This document shows, piece by piece, positions 17,815 to 26,593 of a DNA stretch of 64,000 bases; the stretch's first letter is position 1, and every line of letters begins with the position of its first letter. A program made the position numbers and the translations under genes. The DNA is taken from contig JBMNIH010000004.1 of NCBI GenBank assembly GCA_050950825.1, positions 352,001-416,000 of the forward strand, read 5' to 3'. The stretch is from Clostridia bacterium. GTDB taxonomy: Bacteria; Bacillota; Clostridia; JAAYHZ01. The notes below the pieces were generated by a model. That model did no database searches, was not told where the DNA came from, and worked only from the letters and a program-made list of their open reading frames with translations.

Positions 17815-18724
17815 ATGCTGCGACTTTCACACCAAGGTCGGAACGGTGCGGTATCCTTCCGCCAAGGTTCATGACTTGTTTATGCCCCAAAGCCGAGGAT
17901 ACGGAAGGTTTTTAGCCAAACATGATGCGCCGGTTCTTGCCGTGGAGGAAGCACATAAAAGAGGGATGGAAATCTACGGCTGGTGGCGAATGAACAATTA
18001 CAGCCTGAATGTCGTACCCGAATTTTGGAAAAAGCATCCCGAATACCATGAAAGAGGACCCGACGGCAAAGAAATACCGAAATTGTGCTTTGCCATACCC
18101 GAGGTTCGAAGGTGGAAGATCGAGATCTTGAAGGAGGTCATTGAACGAGGTGTTGACGGAATCGTCTTGGGTGTTTTAAGACATCCTCCCATGTTGAATT
18201 ACCATCCGGTTTTGACGGAAGGGTTTAAAGCCAAATACGGGGAAGAACCGCCGAAGCTATTCGAACCTCCTGCGAATCCTGATGAATGGACATTGAAGTG
18301 GCTTTTTTATCGTGCCGAATTTTTAACGACTCTTGTACGAGAATTAAGATACGAGATGGAAAGAATGAAGAAAGGCCATCTGAAGCTTGCGGTTTGGATT
18401 CGTCCTTCCTGCTATTTATACGACGGAGTGGACTTGGATACTTGGCTGGAGGAAGGCTTGGTCCATGAGGTTATTGTTTCGGCATACCGCGGCGACGAAT
18501 TACCGGGACCTTTGGAGCTGCAAAAGAAAATACAAGAAAAAGCGGAGTTCCATGTGGAAATCCTAGGCACGGATACGGAGGAGGAGCGAATCAAAAGTAA
18601 GATCGCTTCCTATGCCAACCGAAACGTTGACGGAATATGTATTTATGAAAGTAATTTAGCTGTCACTCGCCCTCTTTGGAGGGAATTGATATCCAAACTA
18701 TGGGGTGAGAAAAGGAAAGAATAA
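17810..18724 (+). pseudogene. 5'-truncated TIM-barrel glycoside hydrolase-like protein (GHL10/DUF187-like)
   Basis: AVEEAHKRGMEIYGWWRMN, FWKKHPEY, LCFAIPEVR, GVDGI and DLDTWLEEGLV fit GHL10-like proteins. Frame is closed by TAA at 17795-17797; no RBS before GTG 17846. Confidence 0.65.
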
Positions 18725-18793
18725 AAATTTATAGCGAGAAAAGAGTTAGGCCGTTACGTACTCTTAGGCATTCTAGAGCCTCCATAATCTTCC

Positions 18794-18822
18794 ACTGCAC
18801 ATTTTCCGGTGCAGTCTTTTTT
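18794..18822 (+). terminator. Intrinsic terminator
   Basis: ACTGCAC-N8-GTGCAGT followed by CTTTTTT. Confidence 0.6.
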
Positions 18823-18912
18823 ATGATTACCTACAGGTTGCATCGAATATGGAGTATAATTTTACACAGAGGCAAAATATCCTACCTATAGGCGGTGAAG
18901 GAGGAATCGAAG

Positions 18913-20154
18913 ATGGTAACTTGGCGCGATAGACCGGAGGATTTAAAAAAGGATGTTTATATACTGCGGGAATTGGGGAAACAATACGCGGAGATTGCGT
19001 CGGATCCCCGGCATACAAAAAATATGGAGAATTGGAAAAAACACAACTCATTAAAGCCCGTCAAACCCATGGTATATATCGACCAAATTCCATGGCATGA
19101 ACTGAGCATCCATGACGAGTTGACCTTGCGGTGCAATCATCCCTACTTAAAAGGAATCGAATGGCAAATCCGAGAAACGCTATATCGGTGGAAGCGTTTT
19201 CCCTGCGATATGGTCGTCCTTCCGTATATTCAAGTATCGAAAGTTGTCCGGCAAACCGATATCGGAATTGCTCCCATAACACAGGACAACGGCTATGCCC
19301 AAACGCATCTTTACGTAGATCAAATCCGTAACGACGAAGAATTAAGCCGTATTCGAAATGTTCATGTGGAATATGAGGAAGAAGAAACAAACCGGCGTCT
19401 TGAGCTTTTGGGTAATATTTTCGAAGGCATTTTACCGGTAAGGCTTACGGGGCATCAGCTATTAATGAACATTTGGGATAAAATCAGTCAGCTTCGTGGT
19501 GTGGAGCCTTGCTTGTATGACTTTATTGAACGGCCGGACTTCTTGCATCGTATCATGTCAAGATTCGTTGACATCGCCATGGACCTGGTTGATCAATACG
19601 AGTCCTTGAATTTATTCGACGACCGATTGCCCTTGTGCCACTGTTCCTATACCTTCACGGATGAGCTGAAAGGGGAGGATTACGACCCGAACCGGATAAA
19701 GGCAAAAAACATGTGGGTCGCCGGAATGGCTCAGCTTTTTTCATGCTGTTCCCCCGAAATGCTCTATGAATTTGATATTAAGCATGTAAAAAGAGTATAC
19801 GACCGATTCGGCTTTGTCTATTACGGATGCTGTGAACCGCTGCACCGTTGCATTGGGTACATAAAAAATATCGATAACGTCCGAAAAATATCCGTAAGTC
19901 CGTGGGCGGACGTTCATATCGCAGCGGAGAATATGGGGAAGGATTATATCATGGCGAGAAAACCGAATCCCGCCTTCTTGGCGGAAGATACTTTGGCGGA
20001 GGATGCCATAAGACAGGAAATTCGAGAAACCTTGGACGCATGTGCAAAAAACAATACGCCGACGGAATTCATTTTAAAGGATATTACCACGGTTCGAAAC
20101 GACCCGTGCCGACTTACCCGATGGTACGAGATCGTAAAATCGGAGATCGAATAG
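18913..20154 (+). CDS. Uroporphyrinogen decarboxylase/cobalamin methyltransferase (URO-D/MtaA)-like TIM-barrel protein
   Basis: LRGVEPCLYDFIERPDFLH, SPEMLYEF, YYGCCEPLH, RKISVSPWAD, KPNP. Paralogue at 54884-56110. Confidence 0.65.
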   Translation: MVTWRDRPEDLKKDVYILRELGKQYAEIASDPRHTKNMENWKKHNSLKPVKPMVYIDQIPWHELSIHDELTLRCNHPYLKGIEWQIRETLYRWKRFPCDMVVLPYIQVSKVVRQTDIGIAPITQDNGYAQTHLYVDQIRNDEELSRIRNVHVEYEEEETNRRLELLGNIFEGILPVRLTGHQLLMNIWDKISQLRGVEPCLYDFIERPDFLHRIMSRFVDIAMDLVDQYESLNLFDDRLPLCHCSYTFTDELKGEDYDPNRIKAKNMWVAGMAQLFSCCSPEMLYEFDIKHVKRVYDRFGFVYYGCCEPLHRCIGYIKNIDNVRKISVSPWADVHIAAENMGKDYIMARKPNPAFLAEDTLAEDAIRQEIRETLDACAKNNTPTEFILKDITTVRNDPCRLTRWYEIVKSEIE

Positions 20155-20250
20155 CTTCCGGAGGAGAAAACGGTGCTTGGCGGATTTTGCTTTTTTGCAT
20201 GTACCGTTTGTGATATAAATAAAGAAAAAGACAGTAAGGAGTATAAGGAT

Positions 20251-21096
20251 ATGAAAGTGTACATTATGACCGATATGGAAGGTTGTGCAGGGATCATCAA
20301 CCGTGCCGATTGGGTCCTGAACGATTCCAAGTATTACGAAGAAGGCAAAATCCTTCTTACGGAAGAGGTGAACGCTGCCGTCGACGGTTTGTTCAGTGCG
20401 GGAGCCACCGAGATTTTGGTTGCGGACGGCCACGGGTACGGCGCCATCAACTTGATGAAATTGGATCCTCGTGTTCGTTTGCAAAGAGGTTTTCCCGATC
20501 CTTGGCCCTTCGGCTTGGATGAAACCTTCGATTGCATGTGCCACATCGGCCAACACGCAAAAGCCTCTACGGAAAAGGCTCACATTTGCCATACGGGAAA
20601 TCACTACGTTATCGACCGGGCCATCAACGGCGTGTCGGTAGGAGAGTTCGGGGAAATGGTATATTGTGCCGAAGAATTGAAGGTAACCCCGATTTTCGCC
20701 AGCGGAGATTTGGCTTTTACCAAAGAAGCGCAAGATCTTGTAGAAGGAATTGTAACCGTCTCGGTGAAGGAAGGATTGATGACCGGAAAAGGCTTGGATA
20801 AAACATTCGAAGAAACCATAAACCGAAATATCGCCGCCATTCATCTTCACCCCTTAAAAGCGAGAGAATTGATTCGAAACGGTGCGTATTCCGCTTTGAG
20901 AAAATTCATCGAAAATCCGGAAAGCTTTAAAATTAAAAAGCCGATTCGGCCGCCCTATGAATGCATTACCCGTTATCGCCCGGGAAAAGATCGTTCGGCT
21001 TGTACAACGGTACAACGACATGAAAACAGCGTGATCGGACTGTTAAACGCCAAAGCCGAAAGAACAGAGGGTGTGGACTTAAGCGATTTGCTGTAA
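20251..21096 (+). CDS. dppA: M55-family metallopeptidase (D-aminopeptidase DppA-like)
   Basis: MKVYIMTDMEG, VADGHG, GQHAKA, HT, GEFG, SGD motifs. RBS AAGGAG. Confidence 0.85.
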   Translation: MKVYIMTDMEGCAGIINRADWVLNDSKYYEEGKILLTEEVNAAVDGLFSAGATEILVADGHGYGAINLMKLDPRVRLQRGFPDPWPFGLDETFDCMCHIGQHAKASTEKAHICHTGNHYVIDRAINGVSVGEFGEMVYCAEELKVTPIFASGDLAFTKEAQDLVEGIVTVSVKEGLMTGKGLDKTFEETINRNIAAIHLHPLKARELIRNGAYSALRKFIENPESFKIKKPIRPPYECITRYRPGKDRSACTTVQRHENSVIGLLNAKAERTEGVDLSDLL

Positions 21097-21119
21097 AGAT
21101 CATATCAAAAAGAACGTAT

Positions 21120-21149
21120 AACCGGACCGGCAGGTTGTCCGGTTTTTTG
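21120..21149 (+). terminator. Intrinsic terminator
   Basis: AACCGGAC-N9-GTCCGGTT followed by TTTT. Confidence 0.7.
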
Positions 21150-21154
21150 TGTTT

Positions 21155-21182
21155 TCATAAAAACCTTCCTCGACCATATATT
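21155..21182 (+). promoter_or_regulatory. SigE-type promoter of spoIID
   Basis: TCATAAA-N13-CATATATT resembles the sigmaE consensus; spoIID is sigmaE-dependent in model spore formers. Confidence 0.6.
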
Positions 21183-21232
21183 TTAATAGGTTGTACAAGC
21201 TTAACCATATTAAGGTGACGGGAGAGGGGAAC

Positions 21233-22210
21233 ATGAAAAAATTAATAACGGTGGAGATTGCTTTTGTTTTGGCGATTGTATTGATTCCTTTTTTAATGTC
21301 CAAAAGCTGCGGTACGGTGTCGGAGGACAAAACATATGTGGATATAAAAATCAAAGTATGGATGCATGAAGAGCAAAAAGTATCGGAGATGGATTTGGAG
21401 GAATACATAAAAGGCGTGGTTGCTGCGGAAATGCCGGCAAGCTTCGAAGCGGAGGCCTTGAAGGCACAAGCCGTTGCGGCGAGGACCTACGCTGTTGCCC
21501 GTCTTTTGGGACTGTATACCCCCAAGGACGGCTACCATACGGATACGCCGATTTGCACCGATCCCGCTCATTGCCAAGGATATAAGACAAAGGAGCAAAT
21601 GACGGAAATACATTGGGGTAAGAGGGCGGCAAATCGGTATTGGAAAAAGATCGCGGAGGCGGTGGAGGAAACGAAAGGTTTGGTTATTACCTGTAACGGA
21701 GAAATAGCAAATCCCGTATACCATTCCAATGCCGGAGGCAAGACGGAAAGCGCATTGGATGTTTGGGGAACACCGGTCTCCTATTTAATCAGCGTACCCA
21801 GTAAAGGAGACCTATACAGCCCTACATTGGATAATAAGCATGAGTTTACGCCGGATGAAATCCGGGAAAAAATCAAGTCGGATCCCGATTACGCCGACTT
21901 TGCTCTTTCGGATAACCCCAAAGACGAAATCGAGATTATTGACTACACCGACGGCGGAGGAGTAAAAAACCTTCGTTTGGGCAACAAGGAGTTTAAAGGA
22001 ACGGAAATTCGGAAATTACTTTCATTAAAATCGACGAAATTTACCGTGTCCATAAATGACGAAAATAAGATATGCTTTTTGACAAAGGGCTCCGGGCACG
22101 GCGTGGGTATGAGCCAGTGGGGAGCGAACTATCTTGCAATGAACGGAGGAACCTATATCGAAATTCTCGAGCATTATTACAATGGAATTATTGTGAAAAA
22201 GTACCGGTAA
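21233..22210 (+). CDS. spoIID: Stage II sporulation protein D (lytic transglycosylase)
   Basis: LEEYIKGVVAAEMPASFEAEALKAQAVAARTY, HCQ, GHGVGMSQWGA, IL.HYY; N-terminal TM; upstream of spoIIQ. Confidence 0.93.
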   Translation: MKKLITVEIAFVLAIVLIPFLMSKSCGTVSEDKTYVDIKIKVWMHEEQKVSEMDLEEYIKGVVAAEMPASFEAEALKAQAVAARTYAVARLLGLYTPKDGYHTDTPICTDPAHCQGYKTKEQMTEIHWGKRAANRYWKKIAEAVEETKGLVITCNGEIANPVYHSNAGGKTESALDVWGTPVSYLISVPSKGDLYSPTLDNKHEFTPDEIREKIKSDPDYADFALSDNPKDEIEIIDYTDGGGVKNLRLGNKEFKGTEIRKLLSLKSTKFTVSINDENKICFLTKGSGHGVGMSQWGANYLAMNGGTYIEILEHYYNGIIVKKYR

Positions 22211-22213
22211 TAT

Positions 22214-22243
22214 GTATATAAATAGAAAATACCGGCAAAAATA
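22214..22243 (+). promoter_or_regulatory. SigF-type promoter of spoIIQ
   Basis: GTATA-N15-GGCAAAAATA matches the sigmaF consensus GyATA-N15-GGnnAnAnTw. Confidence 0.7.
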
Positions 22244-22264
22244 CATATACGGAGGTGAAGTTTA

Positions 22265-23002
22265 ATGAGGTTAGACGAGAACAAAGACTTCAGACAAAAA
22301 GTTTCGGAATTCCTTGAGAAGAACGGATTTTTTGTAGCCTTGGGTATATGTGTTGTAATCATAGCGGTAGCGGTATTTTCCATAAGGAATAATCAACCGG
22401 AAGAAGAAGACCGGAGTTTGGAAGCATCGGAAACTTCGTATACGGATGAAGTGAAAGGCAATGTAATCGACGACTTTCTTGTTTTAAACGAAGGGTTGCC
22501 CGATGTGGTTGACGGTGAACCGATAGCCGGTACGGACAACGAAGCGATTCCGGTTCATGCCGGTACGGAAGCTTCCTCGGTTACCTCTTCGATGGAATTT
22601 GTAATGCCCGTATTCGGCAGTGTCACGTTCGACTACTCGATGGATCAGCTTACTTACTCGAGAACCTTGGAAGAGTGGCGAGTTCACAGCGGAATGGATA
22701 TTGGAGCTACGATCGGTACTCCCGTAGCTTGTGTCGCGGACGGTACGGTTACGGACATTAAGAACGACCCCGGTTTCGGTTTTACGGTTATCGTGGACCA
22801 TGGTAACGGATACAAAACCGTTTATGCGAATTTGGCAAGAGAAGCCATGGTGGAAGTGAACCAAATCGTTAAGGCCGGTGAAGTTATCGGTGCTGTCGGT
22901 GATACGGCATTGTTCGAATGTGCGGAGGAATCTCATTTACATTTTGAAGTATGGCAAGACGGTAAAGTCGTAGACCCGAAAAACTATTTACCCATGGAAT
23001 AA
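22265..23002 (+). CDS. spoIIQ: M23/LytM peptidase, SpoIIQ-like
   Basis: N-terminal TM, HSGMD and HLHFEV Zn motifs, position after spoIID, sigmaF-like promoter. Confidence 0.8.
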   Translation: MRLDENKDFRQKVSEFLEKNGFFVALGICVVIIAVAVFSIRNNQPEEEDRSLEASETSYTDEVKGNVIDDFLVLNEGLPDVVDGEPIAGTDNEAIPVHAGTEASSVTSSMEFVMPVFGSVTFDYSMDQLTYSRTLEEWRVHSGMDIGATIGTPVACVADGTVTDIKNDPGFGFTVIVDHGNGYKTVYANLAREAMVEVNQIVKAGEVIGAVGDTALFECAEESHLHFEVWQDGKVVDPKNYLPME

Positions 23003-23039
23003 CAAAGATGAAGGGAACGGATGAATTTATCCCCCCGGA

Positions 23040-23073
23040 AAAAGGCAGACAGTCTTTACATTGTCTGCCTTTT
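23040..23073 (+). terminator. Intrinsic terminator
   Basis: AAAAGGCAGACA-N10-TGTCTGCCTTTT. Confidence 0.75.
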
Positions 23074-23174
23074 GTCGTTTTAAGACAAGTCGTCCGACTG
23101 CTTGTTCTATCCGGATATGCCCTTGAATATATTTTACTGTGTAAAAATACCTGTTTTAAAAAAGGAGCAAACCT

Positions 23175-24074
23175 ATGGATAACGGCAGATATTTATTGAA
23201 TCGAATCATTCGTTTTTTCTTAATTGTATCCTTTGCCTTTTTAGGTACACTGGTATATATGCTGGAGGACAGTACCAAACCGGAAATACTTATGGGGGTT
23301 TACAATACATCCTACGATTCGGTGAGCTTCGACCATGAAATCCCTTATCTTTTTTCCGACAGCGTCGTTCCCGTTTCCATTGATTCTGCCGGTAATCGCA
23401 GTTGGGGAATCAAACGCAACAAAGGAGCCTTGCCGGACCCGGATCCGGGCAGCGTGGAGCTTTTGGAAAAGCATAACGGCGTGTGGACGGGAGATACAAG
23501 TAAAAAAATCATATATATCACCTTCGACCAAGGATATGAAAACGGCTACACCGACCGGATTTTGGATACGTTGAAAGAGAAAAACGTCAAAACCGTGTTT
23601 TTTGTAACGGGGCCCTATTTGGAAAAGAACGACAGGCTCATACGGCGTTTTGTAGACGAAGGCCATTATGTGGGAAACCATACGGTGCGACATAAAAGCA
23701 TGCCTTTGTTGAGCCGAGCCGAGGCGGAAAAAGAACTATTGGAGTTGGAAAAGGCTTTCGAAGAAAAGTACAATGCCCAGATGCTGTTTTTCCGTCCGCC
23801 TATGGGAGAGTACAACGAAGAAACGCTGAAAATCGCCAAGGAGCTTCGATATACCACCATGTTCTGGTCCTTTGCTTATGACGATTGGCTGAAGGATAAA
23901 GTAAGGGGACCCGAGTACGTGGTTAATTTGGTTTCTCAGAATGCTCACAACGGTATGATCATCCTGTTTCATGCCGTTTCTCCGGACAATGCCAAAGCTT
24001 TAGGTTCCGTCATTGATACGTTAAGGGGTATGGGTTATGAATTCGGTGACCCTATCGAACTGTATAAGCCGTAA
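23175..24074 (+). CDS. pdaA: Polysaccharide deacetylase, PdaA-like (spore cortex muramic delta-lactam N-deacetylase)
   Basis: SWGIKRNK, TFDQGYENGYT, GNHTVRH, FRPPMG, FWSFAY.DW, ILFHAVS. Confidence 0.8.
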   Translation: MDNGRYLLNRIIRFFLIVSFAFLGTLVYMLEDSTKPEILMGVYNTSYDSVSFDHEIPYLFSDSVVPVSIDSAGNRSWGIKRNKGALPDPDPGSVELLEKHNGVWTGDTSKKIIYITFDQGYENGYTDRILDTLKEKNVKTVFFVTGPYLEKNDRLIRRFVDEGHYVGNHTVRHKSMPLLSRAEAEKELLELEKAFEEKYNAQMLFFRPPMGEYNEETLKIAKELRYTTMFWSFAYDDWLKDKVRGPEYVVNLVSQNAHNGMIILFHAVSPDNAKALGSVIDTLRGMGYEFGDPIELYKP

Positions 24075-24104
24075 TGAAAAATTCAAAAGAGGAGTGTAGC
24101 CAAA

Positions 24105-24380
24105 ATGGGAAAAAGATTAAGGATTAAAGAAAAGTTTGTCAATGCTTTGGAGCTGCCGCGGGAGCTTATTCTCAACGTTCCCAAAATAACGCTCACCGGG
24201 AAAGACAAAATCCTTATCGAATGCTACAGAAGCTTGGTGAGCTACGAGACGGATTGCGTGAAATTAAGCACGGCGATAGGGGTTTTGTCTTTGTACGGTC
24301 GGGATTTGACCATCAAAGAAATCACCGGCGAAGATATCATTGTGCAGGGAAAGGTTAACAAGCTGGAATTTCATTCATGA
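24105..24380 (+). CDS. yqfC: Sporulation protein YqfC (YabP family)
   Basis: LELPRELILNVPKITLTG; directly upstream of yqfD. Confidence 0.88.
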   Translation: MGKRLRIKEKFVNALELPRELILNVPKITLTGKDKILIECYRSLVSYETDCVKLSTAIGVLSLYGRDLTIKEITGEDIIVQGKVNKLEFHS

Positions 24381-24395
24381 TAAGGAGCTGAAATC

Positions 24396-25589
24396 GTGAT
24401 TTTCAAACTGATAAATTTTTTCCGCGGATATGTACATATTAAAATCAGCAACAAGTTTGTCGAGCGATTTATCAATATCTGCACATATCATAATTTGTTT
24501 TTGTGGGATATCGTAAGAGAAGACGACGCAAGCGTAACCGCCTATTTAAGCAGAAGAGCTTTTCGCGAGGCCGGAGCCATAGCGGAGAAGGCCAACGTGA
24601 CCATGGAGGTTTTGAAAAAAGGAGGATTGCCGTATATTCTGGCAAGGTACAAAAAACGGAAAGCCTTTGCGGCGGGGGCATTGCTCTTTATTATCACCTT
24701 CGCATACTTGATGTCTTTGGTATGGTATGTGGAAGTGATCGGCAACGAAAGAATACCGACGGAGGAATTGCTGAACGAAGTGAAAAACAGCGGTATCTAT
24801 ATCGGTGTGTCAAAAGGAAAGATCGACAGGGACAGTGTTATTACCGATATGATGTTGTCCCGAGACGATTTGTCTTGGGTCGGTATCTATGTCAAAGGCA
24901 CCAAGGTTACCGTACACGTTACCGAACGGGATTTAATGCCTCCGGCGGAAGATGACAAGCCCCCTTGCGACATTGTGGCAATAAAAGACGGAGTCGTAAA
25001 GGAGGTCATAGTAAAAGCGGGAATCGCCGCAGTAAAAGAAGGAGACAGCGTGTTCAAGGGGGACGTTTTGATCAAGGGAGACGTACCTTTGAAATTCTCC
25101 GGCGATCTTCTTCATGTACATGCAAGGGGAGAAGTGTATGCCGTTACATGGTATGATATAAAAAAGGAGGTACCGGCTTACAAAACGGTGAAAGACCGGA
25201 CAGGGAAAACATACAAAAAAACAAGGATCGATATATTTGGTAAAAGCGTGTATTTGCCTAAGCTTTCAAATATGTCCTACGCGGAATACGAGGAAGAGGT
25301 CCAATCAAGAACATTGTCTCTCGGACAAAACGTGTATCTTCCGGTGTCCGTTACCGAGTATCGATTCAATGAAATACAAACGGTTCAAGTTTCGCTAAAT
25401 GAAGAAGAGGCGATTGAATACTGTGTATCCTTGATCGAGGAGGAAGCGAAAGATGTGATCCCCGAAAATGCCGAGGTACTTGCAAAGTATCGAAGATATG
25501 TGTATGATGAGAATGGAAAAAAATATGTTGAAATGATTTATGAATGCAAGGAAAACATAGGAGTCACCGTTGTAAAAGCAAAGGGATAA
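24396..25589 (+). CDS. yqfD: Sporulation protein YqfD
   Basis: RGYVHIKI...ERFIN, GLP, PCDIVAIKDGV, VHARGEV; yqfC-yqfD-phoH synteny. Confidence 0.9.
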   Translation: MIFKLINFFRGYVHIKISNKFVERFINICTYHNLFLWDIVREDDASVTAYLSRRAFREAGAIAEKANVTMEVLKKGGLPYILARYKKRKAFAAGALLFIITFAYLMSLVWYVEVIGNERIPTEELLNEVKNSGIYIGVSKGKIDRDSVITDMMLSRDDLSWVGIYVKGTKVTVHVTERDLMPPAEDDKPPCDIVAIKDGVVKEVIVKAGIAAVKEGDSVFKGDVLIKGDVPLKFSGDLLHVHARGEVYAVTWYDIKKEVPAYKTVKDRTGKTYKKTRIDIFGKSVYLPKLSNMSYAEYEEEVQSRTLSLGQNVYLPVSVTEYRFNEIQTVQVSLNEEEAIEYCVSLIEEEAKDVIPENAEVLAKYRRYVYDENGKKYVEMIYECKENIGVTVVKAKG

Positions 25590-25595
25590 CAACTT

Positions 25596-26576
25596 ATGGA
25601 AGCGGAGGAATTGGTGGATAATATCGTTCAAAAAAGTATACATTTCACGGACAATGAAATCATGATGAACGTTTTCGGTAATCGGGACGAAAACTTAAAA
25701 ATAATCGAAGAAGCGCTGGGTGTTTCCGTTACCGTTCGTGACAATGAAATTAAGGTTTCGGGAAATCCGGCCGCGGTAGATAAAGCCGTAAGCGTGATAG
25801 AAAACGTAATGCCGATTGCACAATCCAACGATGTCATAACCAAACAAAATATTTTATATTTTCTGTCCTTGGCCGAGGACGGAACCGAAGTGGACAAGCA
25901 CAATTACCCGATTGACTGTGTATGTGTAACGGCAAAGGGATTGCAAATTAAGTCAAAAACCTTCGGCCAAAAACAATACGTGAAGGCAATGAAGGAAAAT
26001 ACCGTCACCTTTGGTATCGGTCCTGCGGGGACGGGGAAGACTTTTTTGGCCGTCGCCATGGCGGTAAGTGCATTTCGAGCCAAGGAAGTGGACAGAATCA
26101 TATTGACTCGCCCGGCGGTGGAAGCGGGAGAAAAGTTGGGATTTTTGCCCGGCGACCTGCAGCATAAAGTGGACCCCTATTTAAGGCCTTTATACGACGC
26201 ATTGTACTTTATGCTCGGACCGGAGCAATTCCACAAGCATCAAGAAAACGGTGCCATCGAAGTTGCGCCCTTGGCCTACATGAGGGGCAGAACGTTGGAC
26301 ACCTCCTATATCATCTTGGATGAAGCCCAAAACACCACTCCGCAGCAAATGAAGATGTTTTTAACCCGAATCGGGTTCGGATCGAAAGCGGTGGTGACGG
26401 GAGATATCACCCAGATCGATTTGGACGGAAAAAGGTCCGGTTTGGTGGAAGTGATGCACATTCTAAAAGGAATTGAGGGTATTGCCTTCGTCCATTTAAC
26501 GGAAAAAGACGTGGTACGGCATGAATTGATACAAAAAATCATCAAAGCATACGAAAAGTACGAGCAAAGACGATAA
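25596..26576 (+). CDS. phoH: PhoH-family ATPase
   Basis: GPAGTGKT, RPAVEAGEKLGFLPGD, AYMRGRTL, DEAQN. Confidence 0.95.
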   Translation: MEAEELVDNIVQKSIHFTDNEIMMNVFGNRDENLKIIEEALGVSVTVRDNEIKVSGNPAAVDKAVSVIENVMPIAQSNDVITKQNILYFLSLAEDGTEVDKHNYPIDCVCVTAKGLQIKSKTFGQKQYVKAMKENTVTFGIGPAGTGKTFLAVAMAVSAFRAKEVDRIILTRPAVEAGEKLGFLPGDLQHKVDPYLRPLYDALYFMLGPEQFHKHQENGAIEVAPLAYMRGRTLDTSYIILDEAQNTTPQQMKMFLTRIGFGSKAVVTGDITQIDLDGKRSGLVEVMHILKGIEGIAFVHLTEKDVVRHELIQKIIKAYEKYEQRR

Positions 26577-26593
26577 GAAGGAGTAGCAATGGG

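Noticed and set aside
20074-20850. 258-aa minus-strand ORF
   Set aside because: Antisense to the M55 peptidase, which has clear motifs.
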